The notes under the pieces: model-generated
The model's database searches: none
Told to the model about the DNA's origin: nothing
Seen by the model: only the letters and a program-made list of their open reading frames with translations
Shown here: positions 44,320 to 50,600 of the stretch, in pieces
Position numbering within the stretch: position 1 is the stretch's first letter
Layout of the letters: each line of letters starts with the position of its first letter
Program-made: the position numbers and the translations under genes
Assembly (NCBI RefSeq): GCF_030028105.1
Contig: NC_092374.1
Span: forward strand, 204,996,724 to 205,047,323
Reading direction: 5' to 3'
Length of the DNA stretch: 50,600 nt
Source of the DNA: Mobula birostris
Taxonomy: Eukaryota

Positions 44320-45110
44320 TGCGGAGTCGCTGCGAGCAGCTGATGAAGGAGTGGAAAGAGATTTACTTCCCAACTCTCTCCACACCACACTCCAGTCCGG
44401 CTGGTGACGGTAAGGCTCCTTGAAGTTGGACTGCGAACCTCCATCAAAAGTCAAAAGAAGGTTCTCGATTTGTCGGGGCATCAAAGGCGGGGAATGGGTT
44501 TAAACGGATAATAAACCAGCGATGATGAAATGGCGGAGCGGAGCCGACCCGAGGTGCCGAATTCTGTTCATGTGTCCGATGGAACCGGCCGGAGTCCGGC
44601 CGGCAGACCCCGGCCCGGTCCCGGGGACAACGCCTCGGCCCGAGGTAACCATTCGGCCCATACTCACCTGCTGGGGGAACGGCGGCCTCTCTCCGTGCGA
44701 GTGCGAGATGAGGGCCTTCCGGGACTTCTTTAGTTTCACTTTGCGAGCGGGCCGCAGGGCGGAATCGGGCTCCCCGCGATCAGAAACGGCCGGGGCCCCG
44801 TCCGGCCGACCCCCTCAGCGGCAGCTTAAACATCTCCGTCCCGGCACTACGCTGTCGACTGCAGAGCCGCCGCTCTCCCCGGAGAAAGAGCCACAGCCGC
44901 GGCGGCGGTCGCTCTCTCCTCTCCCTCTCCCTCTGCCACTTCCGCAACCACTGCCCGGATCGTCACAAAGTCCAGAGACCGCTGTTGCGCTTCAGTCGGC
45001 GTCCCCGTCACCGAAAAACCCCGACTCCGGGTACGGAGCGAATACAGGCGCGGCCGCCGGGCATCGAGGGAACCAGAACTGTCACCTTTCAGATCGTAGA
45101 GATAATCGTT
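44320..45110. promoter_or_regulatory. CpG island, probable promoter of the BTN-like gene
   Basis: Sharply raised GC and CpG density relative to the CpG-depleted surroundings, not recognisable as a TE, and contains the exon 1 donor. Confidence 0.7.
44668..44820 (-). other. Putative non-coding exon 1 (5' UTR) of the BTN-like gene; 5' end not determinable
   Basis: Consensus donor CAG|GTGAGTA at 44668/44667 inside a CpG island. No ATG in frame with exon 2, and an in-frame TGA at 44817..44815. Exon 2 has a good acceptor upstream of its ATG, so an upstream exon is implied. Confidence 0.6.
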
Positions 45111-45328
45111 TGGGGCTAAACTATTATTGAAAGACAATAGGAAAACATCCTGCTGGATTGTGTGACTGTGCTTGTCCGGAGACAGTCCAGCATGTTTTGC
45201 TGAGCTGTAACCGATATCAAATTGAAAGAAGATGTTGTTCAAGGGGCTGTTTGTTTTTCTATTAAATAATTGTTTGGCCACCAAGAGAACCGACATCAGA
45301 TTGAAGAGTTTATTATTCAGTTTGTACG

Positions 45329-47760
45329 TGGGGAGGGAGAGAGGTGGGGAATAGTGGGGGGGAGAGAGGTGGGGGATAGTGGGGGGAGAGAGAGGTGGGG
45401 GATAGTGGGGGAGGGAGAGAGGTGGGGGATAGTGGGGGGGGGATAGTGGGGGGAGAGAGAGGTGGGGAATAGTGGGGGGAGAGAGAGGTGGGGAATAGTG
45501 GGGGGAGAGAGGTGGGGGATAGTGGGGGGGAGGGAGAGAGGTGGGGGATAGTGGGGAAGAGAGGGGTGGGGGAATAGTGGGGGAAGAGAGAGGGGTGGGG
45601 AATAGTGGGGGGAGAGAGAGGGGTGGGGGAATAGTGGGGGGAGAGAGAGGGGTGGGGGAATAGTGGGGGGAGAGAGGGGTGGGGAATAGTGGGGGAAGAG
45701 GGGTGGGGAATAGTGGGGGGGAGAGAGGGGGGGAATAGTGGGGGGAAAGAGGGGGGAATAGTGGGGGGAGAGAGGGGGGAATAGTGGGGGGAGAGAGGGG
45801 GGAATAGTGGGGGGAGAGAGGGGTGGGGGAATAGTGGGGAGAGAGAGGGGGGTGGAGGAATAGTAGGGGGAGAGAGAGGGACGGGGGAATAGTGGGGGGG
45901 GAGAGGGGTGGGGGAATAGTGGGGGGGAGAGAGAGGGGTGGGGGAATAGTGGGGGGGAGAGGGGTGGGGGAATAGTGGGGGGGGAGAGGGGTGGGGGAAT
46001 AGTGGGGGGGAGAGAGGGGTGGGGGAATAGTGGGGGGGAGAGAGAGGTGGGGAAATAGTGGGGAGAGAGAGAGGTGGGGAATAGTGGGGGGAGAGAGGGG
46101 TGTGGAATAGTGGGGGGAGAGAGGGGTGGGGACTAGTGGGGAGAGAGACAGGTGGGGAAATAGGGGGGAGAGAGGGGTGGGGACTAGTGGGGAGAGAGAC
46201 AGGTGGGGAAATAGTGGGGAGAGAGGGGTGGGGAATAGTGGGGGGAGAGAGGGGTGGGGAATAGTGGGGGGAGAGAGTTGTGGTGGAATAGTGGGGAGAG
46301 AGATAGAGAGGCAGGGGAACGGGTGAGAGAGGGGGTGGGGGAATAGTGGGGAGAGAGAGGGGTGGGGGAATAGTGGGGGGAGAGAGAGGGGTGGGGGAAT
46401 AGTGGGGGAAGAGAGAGGGATGGGGAATAGTGGGGGGAGAGAGAGAGGTGGGGGAATAGTGGGGGAGAGAGGGGGGAATAGTGGGGAGAGAGATAGAGAG
46501 GCAGGGGAACGGGTGAGAGAGGGGGTGGGGGAATAGTGGGGAGAGAGAGGGGGGAATAGTGGGGAGAGAGATAGAGAGGCAGGGGAACGGGTGAGAGAGG
46601 GGGGTGGGGGAATAGTTGGGGAGAGAGGGGTGGGGGAATAGTTGGGGAGAGGGGGTGGGGGAAGAGAGAGGGGTGGGGGAATAGTGGGGGAAGAGAGAGG
46701 GGTGGGGGAAGAGAGGGGTGGGGGAAGAGTGGGGGGAGAGAGGGGTGGGGAATAGTGGGGGGAGAGAGAGGGGTGGGGAATAGTGGGGGGAGAGAGAGGG
46801 GTGGGGGAATAGTGGGGGGAGAGAGAGGGGTGGGGGAATAGTGGGGGGAGAGAGGGGTGGGGAATAGTGGGGGGAGAGAGTGGTGGGGGAATAGTGGGAG
46901 AGAGAGCGGTGGGGGAATAGTGGGAGAGAGAGGGGAGAGAGAGGGGTGGGGGAGAGGGAGTGGGGGGGAGAGGGGGGTGTGGGATAGTGGGGGGGAGAGA
47001 GGGGTGGGGAATAGTGGGGGAGAGAGAGGGGTGGGGGATAGTTGGGGAGAGAGAGGGGTGGGGGAATAGTGGGGAGAGAGCGAGAGGGGCAATAGTGGGG
47101 GGAGAGAGTTGGGGGAATAGTGGGGGGAGAGAGGGACGGAATAGTGGGGGGGAGAGAGGGGTGGGGGATAGTGGGGGGAGAGGGGTGGGGGATAGTGGAG
47201 GGTGGGGGATAGTGGGGGGAGAGAGAGGTGGGGAATAGTGGGGGGAGAGAGAGGGGCAGGGGAATAGTGGGGGAGAGAGGGGTGGGAAATAGTGTGGGCA
47301 GAGAGAGGTGGGGAAATAGTGGGTGAGAGGGGTGGGGGAATAGTGGGGGAGAGAGGGGTGGGGGAATAGTGGCGGGAGAGAGAGAGGTGGGGGAATACTG
47401 GGGAGAGAGCGAGAGAGGCAATAGTGGGGGGAGAGAGTTGGGGGGAATAGTGGGGAGAGAGATAGAGAGGCAGGGGAATGGGTGAGAGAGGGGTGGGGGA
47501 ATAGTGGGGAGAGAGAGGGGTGGGGAAATAGTGGGGGTAGAGGGGGCAGGGGAATAGTCAGGAGAGAGCAAGAGGAGCAATAGTGGGGAGAGAGTGTTGG
47601 GGGAATAGTGGGGAGAGAGAGGTGGGGGAACAGTGGGGAGAGAGAGGGGTGCGGAAATAGTGGGGAGAGAGATAGAGAGGCAGGGGAACGGGTGAGAGAG
47701 AGGGGGGTGGGGGAACAGTGGGAAGAGAGAGAGAGGTGGGTAGAAGAGGGGAGAGAGGCG
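45329..47760. repeat. ~2.4-kb G-rich purine satellite (unit ~25-30 bp, e.g. gagagagggGTGGGGGAATAGTGGGGG)
   Basis: Dozens of degenerate aatagtggggg-anchored units; the plus strand is almost entirely G/A. Confidence 0.96.
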
Positions 47761-48339
47761 GGGAAGACGAGCGAGGGTGAGGCAGTGGAAGAGGATCGAG
47801 GAAGGGTGGCGTAGGGGTGAGAGGTTCTGGGTGGGGGGCAGGAGAGGGGACTGATAAACGCCGGGTCGGTGGGGAAGAGCGGAGAGATAGGGAGCCAGGC
47901 GGATGGGAGGAAGGACGGGAATCAGCCCACAGTGCACCGATTTGAAATGACTTGGGGTTTCTGACCACAGAACCCTTTCGAACAACTGTGTTAATTTCCT
48001 CTTTGCAGAAAAGATTTTGTTTGAATATTGAAGTTATGGTGTGTCTCTGCCGTGAATGTGAATCATCCATTTCAGTTTTAAAACATTACACTATAAAACT
48101 GCCCATCTAGTCCGCTCCATTATTCCACCATGGCTGATTTTTATTGCTCTCAACCTCATTCTCCTGCCTTCTCACTGTAACCTTTGACACCTGGATTAAT
48201 CAATTACCTCTGCTTTAAATATACCCAATGACCTGGCCTCAACAGCCCTCTGAGGCAATGAATTCCACAGATTGAGCACAGCCTGCCTCATCTCTGTTCT
48301 CAGGAGATGTCCCTCTCTTCTCCCCAGGAGATCCTGGTC

Positions 48340-50600
48340 AGGTGTCGGATCTCTCAGTGGGAGAGCATTTTGGAGGTAGTGACCACAACTCTATCTCCTT
48401 CACCATAGCGCTGGGGAGGGACGGGACAGGAACCGTCAGATTTGACAGGAGCAGACAATTTGGGAAAACATTTAATTGGGGTAGGTGGGGAAATACGATG
48501 CTATTCATCAGGAACTTGGGAGCAGATGTTCTCAGGGAAATGCACGGCAGAAATCTGGGAAATGTTCAGGGATTTTTGCATGGAATTCTGCATAGGTATG
48601 TTCCACTGAGGCAGGGAATGGATGGTAGGGTTAAAGAACCATAAAGGATGTAGAAAATCAAGTTAAGAGGAAAAGAAAAGCAGGTGAAAGGTTCAAGAAA
48701 CTAGGTACTGTTAGAGCTCTCGAAAATTACAATGTTGCTGGGAAGGAGTTTAGGAATGGAATTAGGAGAGCCAGAAGGGGCCATGAGAAGGCGTTGGTGA
48801 GCAGGGTTAAGGAAAACCCCCAAGGCATTCTACAAGTATGTGTGAAGAGCAAGAGGATGAACTGTGTGAGAATAGGACCAATCAGGTGTGATAGTGGAAA
48901 CGTGTGCATGGAGTCAGAAGCGGTAGCGGAAGTACTTAATGAATACTTTGCTTCATTATTCACTAGGAAATAAGACCTTGGCAATTATGCCGATGACTTA
49001 CAGCAGACTGAAACACTTGAGCATATAGACATTAAGAATGTGCTGGAGCTGTTGAAAAGCATTAAGTTAGATAAATCACCGGGACCAAATGAGATATACC
49101 CCAGGCTACTGTGGGAAGCGAGGGAGAAGATTGCTGAGCCTTGTGCAATGATCTTTGCATCATCAATAGGGACAGGAGAAGTACTGGAGGATTAGAGGGT
49201 TGCAAATGTTGTTCCCTTGTTCAAAGAAGGGAGTAGAGATAACCCAGGAAGTTATAGACCAGTGAGTACGACTTCAGTGGTGGACAAGTTGTTGGAGAAG
49301 ATCCTGAGAGGCAGGATTTATGAGCATTTGGAGAGACATAATCTGATTCGGGATAGTCAGCATGGCTTTGTCAAGGGCAGGTCGTGCCTCACGAGCCTGA
49401 TTGAATTCTTGAGGATATAACAAAACACATTGATGAAGGTAGAGCAGTGGATGTAGTGTATATGGATTTCAGTAAGGCATTTGACAAAGTTCCCCGTGAA
49501 AGGTTTATTGAGAAAGTAAGGAGGCAAGGGATCCAAGGAGACCTTGCTTTGTGGATCCAGAATTGCCTTGCCCACAGAAAGCAAAGGGAGGCTGTAGATG
49601 GTTTGTATTCTATATGGAGGTCAGTGACCAGTGGTGTTCTGCAGGGATCTGTTCTGGGACCTCTCCCTTTGTGAGTTTTATAAATGACCTAGATGAAGAA
49701 GTTAGTAAATTTGCTGATGACACAAAGGTTGGAGGTGTTGTGGACAGTCTGGAGGGTTGTCAGAGATTACAGCGGGACATCGATAGGATGCAGAACTGGG
49801 CTGAGAAGTGGCAGATAGACTTCAACCCAGATAAAAGCAAAGTGCATTCATTTTGGTAGGTCAAATTTGAAGACAGAATGTAAATGCTAAGACTCTTGGC
49901 AGTGTGGAGGATCTGAGAGATCTGGGGTCCCTGTCGATAGGACACTCAAAGCTGCTGCACAGGTTGTCAGTGTTGTTAAGAAGGCGTGTGGTGTGTTGGC
50001 ATTCATCAACCATGGGATTGAGTTCAAGAGCAGTGAGGTAATCATCAACCATGGGATTGAGTTCAAGAGCAGTGAGGTAATGTTACAGTGAGACAAAACA
50101 TTAGTCAGACCCCACTTGGGGTACTGTGTTGAGTTCTGGACACCGCACTACAGAAAGGATGTGGATGTAGAGAGAGTGCAGAGGAGATTTACAAGGATGT
50201 TGCCTGGATTGGAGGGTGTACCTTATGAGAACAGGTTAAGTGTACTTGGCCTTTTCTCCTTGGAGCGACGGAGGATGAGAGGTGATCTGATAGAGGTGTA
50301 TAAGATGATGAGAGACATTGATCGTGTGGATAGTCAGAGGCTTTTCCCCAGGGCTGAAATGGCTAACACGAGTGGGCACAGTTTTAAGGTGCTTGGAAAT
50401 AGGTACCGAGAGGATGTCAGGGGTGAGTTTTTCACAGAGAGAGTGGTGAGTGCGTGGAATGCACTGCCGGCGACAGTGGAGGAATCAGATACAATAGGGG
50501 CTTTTAACAGCCTCTTCGATAGGTACATGGAGCTTAGAAAAATAGAGGGCTATGCACTAGGGAAATTCTAGGCAGTCTCTAGAGTAGGTTACATGGTCGG
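48340..50600 (+). mobile_element. CR1 LINE ORF2 (endonuclease C-terminus to 3' end), degenerate, with a 39-bp tandem duplication at 50003..50080
   Basis: [45 protein letters not shown] and RMRGDLIEVYK. Confidence 0.92.

Noticed and set aside
12065-44667. Antisense orientation bias of intronic LINEs
   Set aside because: The longest insertions are antisense to the gene, but several sense copies exist; too few events to claim a bias without statistics.
44522-45130. 202-aa plus-strand ORF and plus-strand donor-like sites (44410, 44645) suggesting a divergent gene
   Set aside because: GC-rich CpG-island ORF with no recognisable domain, and no downstream plus-strand exons found in the window.
45313-47985. 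890-aa Pro/Ser/Leu-rich ORF (extensin-like) and other ORFs in this span
   Set aside because: This is translation of the C-rich strand of the G-rich satellite; stops are absent because of base composition.

Overview
Repeat-dense vertebrate genomic DNA. The transposon mix (CR1, Penelope, Rex1/Babar, V-SINE-like SINEs, Tc1) suggests a cartilaginous fish, probably a ray; this is inference. The only host gene I can support is a complete, intact butyrophilin-like (BTN/BTNL-family) gene on the minus strand, spanning about 11.5-44.8 kb. I reconstructed it by hand from splice signals. It has a putative non-coding exon 1 in a CpG island, then signal-peptide, IgV, IgC and TM exons, six micro-exons (27/27/21/21/27/27 nt) that the ORF track does not show, and a terminal B30.2/PRY-SPRY exon. 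All coding junctions are phase 1 GT-AG. The join is 1506 nt, giving 501 aa plus stop with no internal stop. The rest of the window is mostly decayed LINEs and SINEs, a full-length but dead Tc1 element, candidate solo LTRs, several TE-derived minisatellites, and a ~2.4 kb G-rich satellite just upstream of the CpG island. Repeat boundaries are approximate (tens of bp) and family names come from motif recognition, not database searches. Exon boundaries were read base by base.
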